Below are positions 24,179-33,038 of a stretch of 40,000 nucleotides of DNA, in pieces; within the stretch, counting starts at the first letter, position 1; every line of letters starts with the position of its first letter. The stretch is taken from positions 317,613 through 357,612 of the forward strand of contig JAAWWF010000001.1 of NCBI GenBank assembly GCA_021404565.1. The letters run 5' to 3'. The notes under the pieces are model-generated. The model was given only the letters and a program-made list of their open reading frames with translations. It was not told where the DNA came from and ran no database searches. Source of the stretch: Roseivirga sp. Lineage in GTDB: Bacteria > Bacteroidota > Bacteroidia > Cytophagales > Cyclobacteriaceae. The position numbers and the translations under genes are program-made.

Positions 24179-24697
24179 TTATCTGAAGGCATCCAGCAAG
24201 CTAAAGCTATCTCCATTAGTACTGACGTACTGTGAAAATTCTACCAGATTGTTTAAATCCGGCACACCTTCAATATCCATAAGCTGGAGTCCTTCATCTC
24301 CGCGTACAATGACTACGAAAGCTACGGGGTTGCCCTTTTTCTCTTTCATCAGGACTTCCATCTCATTGGCACCAAACTTACCTGAGATCACCGATTCATA
24401 ATTTTCTCCAATGATGTCAGTTTTCAACCGACCAGCCAGATCATCCAGATCTGAAGAAGGGCGGTAGCTAAAAAATTTGATTTTTTCTATGCCATCGATC
24501 AACTTACCCAGGTCAGGCATATCTTTTTGATCTTCAGCAAACTGTACAGAGAGCCGGGCAAACATGCGGAGTGTGCTTTTGTAAAAGACCAGCTTATTAT
24601 CTGGTCTGTTGCTCTGGCGAAATTCTTCTACGCTCTCACTTTGACCATAAGCCGAAACGCAAAGAACTGTGAGTAGTATCACTACTAATTTTTTCAT
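24179..24697 (-). CDS. DUF4252-like secreted protein
   Basis: 172 aa with a signal peptide. Its size and its context next to an ECF sigma and putative anti-sigma gene are typical of DUF4252. It is a paralog of the next gene. Confidence 0.6.
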   Translation of the reverse strand: MKKLVVILLTVLCVSAYGQSESVEEFRQSNRPDNKLVFYKSTLRMFARLSVQFAEDQKDMPDLGKLIDGIEKIKFFSYRPSSDLDDLAGRLKTDIIGENYESVISGKFGANEMEVLMKEKKGNPVAFVVIVRGDEGLQLMDIEGVPDLNNLVEFSQYVSTNGDSFSLLDAFR

Positions 24698-24754
24698 ACA
24701 TCCAATATTTAAAAAATTAAGTAATTGACCTTTATAAAAGGAAAAAAGGGTGGT

Positions 24755-25276
24755 TTAATTACCACCCATTTTTTCAAGATGACTGAACTCGTCCAGTCCT
24801 AAGTTTTTCGAGAGCTTGTACAGCTGGTTGATATCGATACCGTCACCGGTGATGCTTACCACACCAAATTCGTTATCGCCACCCATTACCATAAACAACT
24901 CATCAATCTTATTACCTTTTTCTTTGATCATGAATTTAATGTCCTTCTCATCATCTCTGATAGACATCAGCTCTTCATATCCTTTGCCGTCAATCAAAGC
25001 AATAGCTTCTTTGTACATTTTGGCACCATCTACACCATCTTCTGCAAAAAGCGCTTTCACACCTTTGATCTTACCAAGCGACTCAACCAACGCTCTGTCT
25101 TCATCATCTTCAACCTCAATGCTGTTGATCATTTGAAACATCTTGCCACTTACTGTTACGTGGCTGAAAGTTTCATCATCCGCATACTTACCAAAGTACT
25201 TGGAGATCGCATCGTTTTGCGCCTGTACACTCACAGCCAAAACGCTCATTATTAAAATTCCTACTAACCTTTTCAT
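24755..25276 (-). CDS. DUF4252-like secreted protein
   Basis: 173 aa with a signal peptide. The pattern FSHVTVSGKMFQM...LGKIKGVKAL...FMV resembles DUF4252. Confidence 0.6.
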   Translation of the reverse strand: MKRLVGILIMSVLAVSVQAQNDAISKYFGKYADDETFSHVTVSGKMFQMINSIEVEDDEDRALVESLGKIKGVKALFAEDGVDGAKMYKEAIALIDGKGYEELMSIRDDEKDIKFMIKEKGNKIDELFMVMGGDNEFGVVSITGDGIDINQLYKLSKNLGLDEFSHLEKMGGN

Positions 25277-25319
25277 GTATTTATATTTATTAATTTTCTT
25301 TACTAAAATTTATTATTTA

Positions 25320-25868
25320 CTAACGTCTGATATTCATTCTGTTGAGAGGCTCCAGACTTCTGGCAGCCTCATTAATTTTCGACAGGTCTTCCATCCCCAT
25401 GTCCGCTTTGCCCAGGTTACTCAGTTCACTGATCTGGTTATTCCCTTTGTTCATATACATCGATACTGTCAAAAGCTGTTTCTTTATTTCCTGCAGGGCA
25501 GCTTCAGGGCTCTCAAAAGTATCTTCCTGCACATAGCTATTCTGATTTATGATAAAGACATAGCTACTGATAAACAGTACCAATACCGCTGCTGCCATAC
25601 TGGCATATCGCTTGAAGTAATCTGAAAAGCTGATCACTTTTACTTCAGGTTCTGTCTCTATCATCGCCATCAGCTCATCATCAAAGTCAGCACCTAAAGA
25701 CGGCTCTTTCTCAGCATCGAAATGTGCAAACAGGCCTTGCAGCTCTTCTTGCTCCTCCCCTGCTTCTGTATCCGTCAGCAAGGTCCTCAGCTCCTTCTCC
25801 TCCTCCAGGCTGGCTTCTGCTGCCCAGTACTTATCCAGTAACTTCTCAATATTAGAGTCCATAAGCAT
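25320..25868 (-). CDS. single-pass membrane protein, putative anti-sigma factor
   Basis: 182 aa with an acidic N-terminal domain and one TM helix (AAAVLVLFISSYVFII). It overlaps the 3' end of the ECF sigma gene. Confidence 0.55.
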   Translation of the reverse strand: MLMDSNIEKLLDKYWAAEASLEEEKELRTLLTDTEAGEEQEELQGLFAHFDAEKEPSLGADFDDELMAMIETEPEVKVISFSDYFKRYASMAAAVLVLFISSYVFIINQNSYVQEDTFESPEAALQEIKKQLLTVSMYMNKGNNQISELSNLGKADMGMEDLSKINEAARSLEPLNRMNIRR

Positions 25869-26370
25869 TCTCTTTTGTCAAGCTTTCTTTCAGCTTTCTT
25901 CTGGCACGAAAAAGATTCGTTTTCACCAGATTAATATCTATTTCAAGTATATCTCCTATTTCCTTGTAGGTATAGCCCTCAATATCTCTGAGCTGCATTA
26001 CCTCGCGTTGTCTGTCGGGCAGGTCGGCTATCAGTGACTTGATTCGGGTCATCAGATCTTCTCGTTCTGTTACCACATAAGGAGTATCTCTTTCCTTTCT
26101 TGTATCAAACTTCACTTCAAACTGGTCCGTTCGACCAACATGTTTAGACCTCAGCTTATCCAGGGCCTTGTTTCTGGTTACCTGCATACACCAGGCCTCC
26201 AGGTTATGAACCAGCTTAAGGTCATCACGTTTCTCCCAAACTTTGATGAGGCACTCCTGCACTACATCCTTCGCCAGGTCTTCATCTCTAACTATTTTGA
26301 GAGAGTACCTGAATAGCTTGTTCTTCAGTGGAAGAATATCATTCTTAAACTGTGCTACATCCATAATCAA
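25852..26370 (-). CDS. ECF-type sigma-70 family sigma factor
   Basis: Region 2 DLAKDVVQECLIKVWEKR...AWCMQVTRNKALDKLR. Region 4 REVMQLRDIEGYTYKEIGDILEIDINLVKTNLFRARRKL. Confidence 0.9.
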   Translation of the reverse strand: MIMDVAQFKNDILPLKNKLFRYSLKIVRDEDLAKDVVQECLIKVWEKRDDLKLVHNLEAWCMQVTRNKALDKLRSKHVGRTDQFEVKFDTRKERDTPYVVTEREDLMTRIKSLIADLPDRQREVMQLRDIEGYTYKEIGDILEIDINLVKTNLFRARRKLKESLTKENAYGL

Positions 26371-26630
26371 AAGGTAGACGGGGCATTCTTTACACTTGTT
26401 AACACAATACAGAAAAAATATTTCAAGAATTCAGAAATGCCTCATTGTCAGATAATTTACATCAGAATTCTATAAGCCCACTAATCTCAAAAGATCAGGC
26501 TGGTCTCACTCTTGCTACAAAGGACAGGCATTCATGCTACCAAATCACTGAAACCATTTCCCTGAAAGTAATTGTATAAGCTTAAATGGAATAGCTATTT
26601 TTGCGTTTCAATTGAAAATCAGAATCAACT

Positions 26631-27443
26631 ATGTCTCATAATCTATTAAAAGGAAAAAGAGGAATCATTTTTGGCGCTCTGGACGAGCGATCTATCGCAT
26701 GGAAAGTAGCCCAGGTGGCTCATGCTGAAGGCGCGCAATTTACTTTGACCAATGCCCCCATCGCCATGCGTATGGGTAAAATAAACGATCTGGCTGCAGA
26801 GTGTGGCGCTGAGATAATTCCAGCAGATGCTACCTCTATCGAAGATCTTGAAAACCTGTTCACTAAGTCTCAGGAAATACTCGGAGGCAAGATTGATTTT
26901 GTTCTGCATTCGATAGGCATGAGTCCCAATGTACGAAAGGGTCGTGACTACGGTAACCTCAACTATGATTGGTTGACAAAAACACTGGATGTATCGGCCA
27001 TCTCTTTTCACAAAGTAATGCAGGTTGCTGAAAAGCTCGATGCCATAAACGAATGGGGTTCAATCCTTGGTCTTTCTTACATAGCAGCCCAAAGAACTTT
27101 CCCCGATTACTCTGATATGGCACATGCCAAAGCCATGCTGGAATCAATTGCCAGAAGCTATGGTGAGCGCTACGCCCGACTTAAAAAGGTAAGGGTAAAC
27201 ACAATATCTCAGTCACCTACCATGACCACAGCGGGTACAGGTGTAGGCGGATTTGACGTGTTCTTCTCTTATGCTGATAAAATGTCTCCATTAGGTAATG
27301 CCAGTGCTGAAGATTGTGCCAACTACTGTGTAATGCTCTTTTCTGACTTTACCAGGATGGTAACCATGCAGAACCTGATGCATGATGGTGGTTTCTCTGC
27401 ATCAGGCATCACCGATGCATTGATTGAAGACTTAGAAAAGTAA
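26631..27443 (+). CDS. fabI: enoyl-[acyl-carrier-protein] reductase (NADH)
   Basis: 270 aa. N-terminal LKGKRGIIFGALDERSIAW, and an SDR-type Y...K pair within SYIAAQRTFPDYSDMAHAKAMLES. Confidence 0.9.
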   Translation: MSHNLLKGKRGIIFGALDERSIAWKVAQVAHAEGAQFTLTNAPIAMRMGKINDLAAECGAEIIPADATSIEDLENLFTKSQEILGGKIDFVLHSIGMSPNVRKGRDYGNLNYDWLTKTLDVSAISFHKVMQVAEKLDAINEWGSILGLSYIAAQRTFPDYSDMAHAKAMLESIARSYGERYARLKKVRVNTISQSPTMTTAGTGVGGFDVFFSYADKMSPLGNASAEDCANYCVMLFSDFTRMVTMQNLMHDGGFSASGITDALIEDLEK

Positions 27444-27470
27444 GCGAGATCTTAATCGAACGAATAATCA

Positions 27471-27595
27471 GGCTTGTCTCAAAAATCAGTGAATATGTCA
27501 TTTCCCTGAGAAAGGGAATCTCACAACCAGTCACAAGCGCTAAACCGCAGTTACCGCATTGTGGGCAATGACAGTAATTAATTTTTGAGACAGCC
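27471..27595. other. 125-bp long imperfect hairpin element in the fabI-ispE spacer
   Basis: Terminal arms ggcttgtctcaaaaat (27471-27486) and atttttgagacagcc (27581-27595) pair over 15 bp with one bulge. Inner pairings are tgtcatt/aatgaca and ctcacaa/ttgtggg. A side hairpin is ttccct-gaga-aagggaa. Confidence 0.5.
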
Positions 27596-27621
27596 ATATT
27601 TCCACCGGCATACCATTTCAT

Positions 27622-28434
27622 ATGCTAAGCTTCCCAAACGCAAAAATCAACCTGGGACTTCAGATTACCGGAAAGCTGCCCAATGGTTTTCACACCATCA
27701 GCAGTTGCCTTTATCCTATCCCCTGGTGTGATGCCCTGGAGTTTGTAGAAGCCAAAAAAACCAGCTTTCAATCCACCGGTATTCTCATTCCCGGTGCTGA
27801 AAAAAACAACCTGGTGCTGAAGGCCTACCGTCTTCTGAAAAAGGATATGCCACTACCTGAGTTGAGCATACACCTGCACAAGGCCATTCCGATGGGAGCG
27901 GGACTGGGAGGCGGCTCAGCCGATGCCGCTTTTATACTCAAAGCCCTCAATTCTCACTATCAGCTGTTTCTGGACGATTCTCTGCTGGAAGATTATGCTG
28001 CTCAGTTGGGTAGCGATTGCCCTTTTTTCATTCGGAATCAACCTGCATTAGCAACCGGAACGGGCACAGAGCTCACCCCTTTGGATCTGAGCCTTAAAGG
28101 TTTGCATCTGGTAGTTATCAACCCCGGACTGCATATCTCTACTCAGATGGCCTATACCGGAGTTTCCCCAAAGCCGTCCGATATCAATCTCACTGAATTA
28201 CTGTTATCCAAAGATTTTGATCGTTGGAAAAAAGAGTTGATCAACGACTTCGAGGCCAGCCTCTTCGATAAGCACGCAATGCTTCTGGACTTGAAAAACG
28301 AGCTCTATGACGCGGGAGCAATCTATGCCAGCATGAGCGGGTCCGGCTCTACCATGTTCGGGCTATTTGCTGAAGCCATTCCTCTTAAACCAGCATGGAA
28401 GGCGATGCAAAGTCAGCAGTTTTTGCTTGATTAA
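27622..28434 (+). CDS. ispE: 4-diphosphocytidyl-2-C-methyl-D-erythritol kinase
   Basis: N-terminus AKINLGL.I and the GHMP kinase motif PMGAGLGGGSADAA. Confidence 0.9.
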   Translation: MLSFPNAKINLGLQITGKLPNGFHTISSCLYPIPWCDALEFVEAKKTSFQSTGILIPGAEKNNLVLKAYRLLKKDMPLPELSIHLHKAIPMGAGLGGGSADAAFILKALNSHYQLFLDDSLLEDYAAQLGSDCPFFIRNQPALATGTGTELTPLDLSLKGLHLVVINPGLHISTQMAYTGVSPKPSDINLTELLLSKDFDRWKKELINDFEASLFDKHAMLLDLKNELYDAGAIYASMSGSGSTMFGLFAEAIPLKPAWKAMQSQQFLLD

Positions 28435-28545
28435 AAATTGTGTTTTCCCGATCGATTATGTCCTATCAGTGAACGTTTCTTACTAAATTCCTTTTCAGCT
28501 TTTTAACCGCAATTATGCAATAGACAACTATTTCATAATATGACG

Positions 28546-28603
28546 ATTTGAAAATCAAGCAGTTAGTTACAAAGTTTTAAAACCAAGATTGTGATTTTCA
28601 AAT
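28546..28603. promoter_or_regulatory. 12-bp perfect inverted repeat (atttgaaaatca / tgattttcaaat) upstream of the TNT-domain gene
   Basis: Arms at 28546-28557 and 28592-28603 with a 34-bp spacer, about 90-150 nt upstream of the ATG at 28696. A second small palindrome gtgat...atcac overlaps the right arm. Confidence 0.35.
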
Positions 28604-28695
28604 ATCACGGTTAAACCTGGCAAAATGCTGATAATTAGCATTTTCGTCAGCTATTTATTTTCCGAATGAATAATTCAACTTTTTAAGCTTCAGGA

Positions 28696-29328
28696 ATGAA
28701 AAAGGCACTAAAATACAATCTCGCATTACTGTCTCTGGTACTTACACTTGGTTCTGCCACGCTCAAACCATACAGCGTTGGCAACTATGGTATTGTAGAA
28801 TCAATCCAACTTCGTGCTGGCCATGATACCGTGAGAGGGCTCACTTTCGGGATGTTCAGGCAGCTAACCTCCAATCTGGACACCTTACCCAAAGCTATGA
28901 ACAAAGCCTGGAAACTTTGGAAAGCTGAAAAATGGGATAAGCTGGAGACCTTCTTTGAAATGAATAACCTGAATAGTGAGTACCCTCCGGCAGATGGCTT
29001 TATCAGCGTTGAAGTAGTGACTTTGGAAGACGATGACAGAGTGGATCGGTACGGAAGCCTCTGGGGTACTTTCGTAGCACCTACAGGCACTCCCTTTGGC
29101 GAACGCGCCTTGCCAGCCTCATCCAGAGAACGTACATATTACAAGTTTGAGGTAATCCAGGACATTGACAGCGTTCTAAAGGGTAAGGCTATCCCCTGGT
29201 TTGGTATGCCGGGTGAGGGCATTCAGTATAGGATGCCCAAAAGTATGAGAGACCTGATAGCCGGGAAGTACATCATCGTGCTGGATTCTATTGTACCCAA
29301 ATCGAAATCTGATAAGTATAACCAGTAA
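28696..29328 (+). CDS. secreted TNT-domain (tuberculosis necrotizing toxin-like, putative NAD+ glycohydrolase) protein
   Basis: Signal peptide present. The C-terminal half VDRYGSLWGTFVAPTGTPFGERALP....YYKFEV......KGKAIPWFGMPGEGIQY fits the TNT/DUF4237 pattern dRyG..G.F..P.gtpf..RaLP.....Y..y.V........G.iaPWFgqpGgG.Q. Confidence 0.7.
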   Translation: MKKALKYNLALLSLVLTLGSATLKPYSVGNYGIVESIQLRAGHDTVRGLTFGMFRQLTSNLDTLPKAMNKAWKLWKAEKWDKLETFFEMNNLNSEYPPADGFISVEVVTLEDDDRVDRYGSLWGTFVAPTGTPFGERALPASSRERTYYKFEVIQDIDSVLKGKAIPWFGMPGEGIQYRMPKSMRDLIAGKYIIVLDSIVPKSKSDKYNQ

Positions 29329-29363
29329 AAATCCTGATCTTAATCGCCCGAATTTCGTATGTT

Positions 29364-30176
29364 TTGATCATGGTCAGGTTCTTATCCGTTTTACTTTTAA
29401 GCTGCTGCTACCTTCAGATTTTTGCTCAGAATCAAGATTTGAAGATATATGCCGAGCAAACGAAAACTGCTGTAATCATATATGCAGACAATGACAAGCT
29501 CTACCCTCAATCCACCGAGCTCACCCTGGACCTGAAAGGACTCAAACCAAGGCAGAAACCGGATAAATATATCGTAGTGCCTCCCGGCAGTAAGCGGTAT
29601 CAATTAACCGAACTTGTAATACCCCAAAACAGGAGTTGGAGCTATAATTATTCCTTTACCTACTATATGGGTGACGTTACCTCAGAGCATAACGACAGCT
29701 ATGCCTACAGGCTTCCTTTTGAGGAAGGGAAACGTTTTAAAGTAGCTCAGGGGTATAATGGAAAAAGCAGTCATCAAGGCGAAAACGCTCTGGATTTCAA
29801 CCTTCCGGCTGATGAAGTCATTATGGCTGCCCGGCCGGGTACAGTGGTAAGACTCAAGGAAGACTCCAATCGTGGTTGCCCGAGTAAAAGCTGTGCCAAA
29901 CTGGGCAACTTTGTCACCATCATGCACGAAGACGGTTCCTTTGCGGATTACTATCACCTGAAGCAAAATGGGGTATTGGTAGAGCTTGGAACAAACGTAA
30001 AGGCAGGAGAACCACTCGGGCTTACCGGCAATACGGGTTGGGCTACCGGGTATCATCTGCATTTCATCGTTTACGCGCCCCGGCCAAAAGGCAGAGAGAC
30101 ATTGCCTACTCAATTCAGAACTGCTGAGGGGACCCAAAGACTCGAGGAAGAGGAGAGCTACACCTCAGTAAATTGA
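29364..30176 (+). CDS. M23 family metallopeptidase
   Basis: Signal peptide present. M23 motifs: HQGENALDF, GNFVTIMHEDGSFADYYHL, GNTGWATGYHLHF. Confidence 0.85.
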   Translation: MIMVRFLSVLLLSCCYLQIFAQNQDLKIYAEQTKTAVIIYADNDKLYPQSTELTLDLKGLKPRQKPDKYIVVPPGSKRYQLTELVIPQNRSWSYNYSFTYYMGDVTSEHNDSYAYRLPFEEGKRFKVAQGYNGKSSHQGENALDFNLPADEVIMAARPGTVVRLKEDSNRGCPSKSCAKLGNFVTIMHEDGSFADYYHLKQNGVLVELGTNVKAGEPLGLTGNTGWATGYHLHFIVYAPRPKGRETLPTQFRTAEGTQRLEEEESYTSVN

Positions 30177-30261
30177 ATCTCATTCCTTCATTATTCGGTT
30201 CGTGGCCATCGTACTGCTTTGCCAAACATTTCTTACTTTTCTATTCAACAGCCAACTGACC

Positions 30262-30720
30262 ATGGAATTAAAAATCAATGGAAATACCTATGATGTAGAT
30301 GTAGAACCGGGCATGCCTTTGCTTTGGGTGCTGCGCGATGAGCTCAACCTTACCGGAACCAAATACGGCTGTGGAGTAGCTTACTGTGGTGCCTGTACCG
30401 TGCACCTTGACGGACAACCGGTGCGTTCCTGTGCATTACCGGCTGCTGCCCTGGCAGGCAGAGAAATCACCACCATTGAAGGAATAGAGCAAAATCAACT
30501 CCTCTCAAAAATTCAGGAAGCCTGGCTGAGTCAACAGGTGCCACAATGCGGCTATTGCCAGTCGGGCATGATCATGGCAGTAGAAGGCTTGTTCAAACAA
30601 AACCCGTCACCTACGGAAGAAGAACTGGAAACGGCCATCACCAATATTTGCCGCTGTGGCACCTACCAGCGCATAAAGGAGGCTGTGATGCAGCTGAGCA
30701 ATGAAAACAAAGAAGCGTAG
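30262..30720 (+). CDS. (2Fe-2S)-binding small subunit of a molybdopterin oxidoreductase (IorA / aldehyde dehydrogenase small-subunit family)
   Basis: GCGVAYCGACTV and QCGYCQSG cluster motifs. The preferred start is ATG 30262 (MELKINGNTY) rather than the track's 30202. Confidence 0.85.
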   Translation: MELKINGNTYDVDVEPGMPLLWVLRDELNLTGTKYGCGVAYCGACTVHLDGQPVRSCALPAAALAGREITTIEGIEQNQLLSKIQEAWLSQQVPQCGYCQSGMIMAVEGLFKQNPSPTEEELETAITNICRCGTYQRIKEAVMQLSNENKEA

Positions 30721-30722
30721 TC

Positions 30723-33026
30723 ATGGCCAAAGAAAGAACAAGGAAACAAAAGATTACACGTAGGGCTTTTATCATTTCCGGTTCTATTATCGGAGGTGGT
30801 TTTGCCCTCGGGCTTGGTGGGTCATTATACTCTGACTTTAAGAAGAAAAAATTTACAGGGCGAGGCTTTGAAGAAGGTGAAGCACTAAACCCATTCATTT
30901 TTATTAAACCTGACAACACCATTCAGCTCGCCATAGCACGGGCCGAAATGGGACAGGGAGTGCTCACTGCCCTAGCCATGCTTACTGCTGAAGAACTCGA
31001 AGTTTCCCTGGATCAGATTGAGGTTGTCCATCCGCAGGTAGAATCGCCCTATGCCAACATCAACCTCGCCACCAACTATCAGCGCACCTCCAGCTCTACC
31101 GGATTTCATTTCATGGAAAAAGTGGCCTATATACTTCCTTACATTGCAACGGGAGGTAGTACCTCAGTAAGAGATGGCTATCTACACTATCGTCAGTTGG
31201 GAGCCATGGCCCTGGATTGCCTTTACAAGGCCGCACAAAAGGAATGGGGCCTGGCAACGAGCAGCGGGTTAAGTGCCAAAGAGGGATATATCGAAAGAAG
31301 TGATGGAAATAAACTGTCCTACGGATCGCTGGCCAAACTCGCTGCACAGGAAAAGCCTTCGAATGATATAGTGCTTAAATCGAAAGAGGCTTTCAGCCTG
31401 GTAGGTAAACCAACGCAGCGCATCGACCTGAAGGAAAAGGTAAATGGGAGCGCCACCTTTGGTATTGATGTAAGAGTGCCTGACATGCTTTTTGCTGCAG
31501 TAAAGCATAGTCCGGTAAAAGGTGCTGAGGTGCTCAGCGTTAATAATGAGCAGGAGGTTCTGGCCTTACGTGGTGTCAAAAAGGTTATTCACTGGAGTGA
31601 GGGAGCTGCAGTGGTAGCAGACAATACCTGGCGGGCACAACAGGCTGCCAATAAGCTGGAATTAACCCTGGACACCAAAAGAAATGGGCAACTTTCTACG
31701 GATCAAATCAGACAGGCACTAAAGCAAAGGCTCAACGGAGAGATTGATCATATCAAGGATAGAAAAGGAAGAGTTGATCAGGAGTTTGAAAAGGCAGCAT
31801 TTCTGGTAGAGGCAGAATATGAAGTTCCCTTTTTGGCCCATGCTACCATGGAACCTCTCAACTGCACCATTTTGGTAAAAGAGGGCAAAGCAAAAGTATG
31901 GGTGGGCCATCAGGCCCCCTTCCTGGTTTCTATGGCCGTTGCCAGTGAAGCAGATGTGAAAAAGTCAGACATTGAAATAGACATCAAATACCTGGGAGGT
32001 GGTTTCGGACGCAGGGCTGAGAATGACTTTGCGATTGAGGCAGCCAAAATCGCAAAAAGTGTAGAGGGTACTCCTGTGCAGATGGTCTGGTCGCGGGAAG
32101 AAGATACTCAAAACGATACTTACAGGCCTATGGTACTGAGCAGGTTCAAAGCCTGGGTAGATGAATTTGGCAGAGTAGGTGCACTGGAAAATCACATTGC
32201 CATGCAGTCTGTTTTAAGAAGTAGTATCGGTCGTAACTTTCCGCTTATGACCCCACCGGAGTCACAGGACACTACTGCCCCTGAGGGAGCTGCTCACCTG
32301 GCCTATGATTTTACGACCACCAGGATCGGGTACTCCTTTGTAGAGAGTCCCATGCGTCTCGGTTTCTGGCGCAGTGTAGGCCATTCATACAACGCCTTTT
32401 TTACGGAGAGCTTTATAGATGAAATGGCCTTTGCCATCAATAAAAACAGCTATTGGCTCAGACGAAAACTACTCCGGAAAAAACCACGTCAACTCAAAGT
32501 TTTGGGAAAAGCTGTTGAGTTGAGTCAATGGGCCTCCACTCTGCCCAAAGGTAAAGCGCAGGGCCTGGCATTTCATGAATCTTTCGGGTCTATTGTAGCA
32601 CAGGTAGTAGAAGTAACCGTGAATGCACAAAAGGAATACAGCCTGGACAAGGTGTATTGCGTGATTGACTGTGGCCATTATGTAAACCCGGATACCATTC
32701 ATGCACAAATGCAAAGTGGTATCGTTTACGCCTTTACGGCAGCCGCTTATGGCGAGATCACCCTGAAAGATGGCAAAATAGAGCAGTCTAATTTCCCCAA
32801 CTACGATATGATCCGACTTAGGCATATGCCCGAGGTGATCTCTCACATCATGGAGAATGATGAAGATCCGGGAGGTGTGGGAGAGCCTTCGACTCCCCCG
32901 CTGGCACCGGCATTGACCAATGCTATTTTTGCTGCCAATGGCGATCGAATAAGATCCCTGCCGCTAAGCAAACATGGCTATAAGCTCAAATCAAGCAGAG
33001 ATTTGAACTCATCGGATACGGAATGA
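30723..33026 (+). CDS. molybdopterin-binding large subunit (IorB / aldehyde oxidase-xanthine dehydrogenase family), TAT signal
   Basis: 767 aa with the N-terminus TRRAFIISGSIIGGGFAL. It directly follows the 2Fe-2S subunit gene. Confidence 0.85.
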   Translation: MAKERTRKQKITRRAFIISGSIIGGGFALGLGGSLYSDFKKKKFTGRGFEEGEALNPFIFIKPDNTIQLAIARAEMGQGVLTALAMLTAEELEVSLDQIEVVHPQVESPYANINLATNYQRTSSSTGFHFMEKVAYILPYIATGGSTSVRDGYLHYRQLGAMALDCLYKAAQKEWGLATSSGLSAKEGYIERSDGNKLSYGSLAKLAAQEKPSNDIVLKSKEAFSLVGKPTQRIDLKEKVNGSATFGIDVRVPDMLFAAVKHSPVKGAEVLSVNNEQEVLALRGVKKVIHWSEGAAVVADNTWRAQQAANKLELTLDTKRNGQLSTDQIRQALKQRLNGEIDHIKDRKGRVDQEFEKAAFLVEAEYEVPFLAHATMEPLNCTILVKEGKAKVWVGHQAPFLVSMAVASEADVKKSDIEIDIKYLGGGFGRRAENDFAIEAAKIAKSVEGTPVQMVWSREEDTQNDTYRPMVLSRFKAWVDEFGRVGALENHIAMQSVLRSSIGRNFPLMTPPESQDTTAPEGAAHLAYDFTTTRIGYSFVESPMRLGFWRSVGHSYNAFFTESFIDEMAFAINKNSYWLRRKLLRKKPRQLKVLGKAVELSQWASTLPKGKAQGLAFHESFGSIVAQVVEVTVNAQKEYSLDKVYCVIDCGHYVNPDTIHAQMQSGIVYAFTAAAYGEITLKDGKIEQSNFPNYDMIRLRHMPEVISHIMENDEDPGGVGEPSTPPLAPALTNAIFAANGDRIRSLPLSKHGYKLKSSRDLNSSDTE

Positions 33027-33038
33027 TTCTGCCATATA

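Noticed and set aside
27409-27621. 70-aa minus-strand ORF with CxxC-like pairs (CHCPQCGNCG).
   Set aside because: It is encoded almost entirely by the long palindromic element, so its cysteine pattern derives from the hairpin arms. There is no supporting start context, and it overlaps the fabI stop region.
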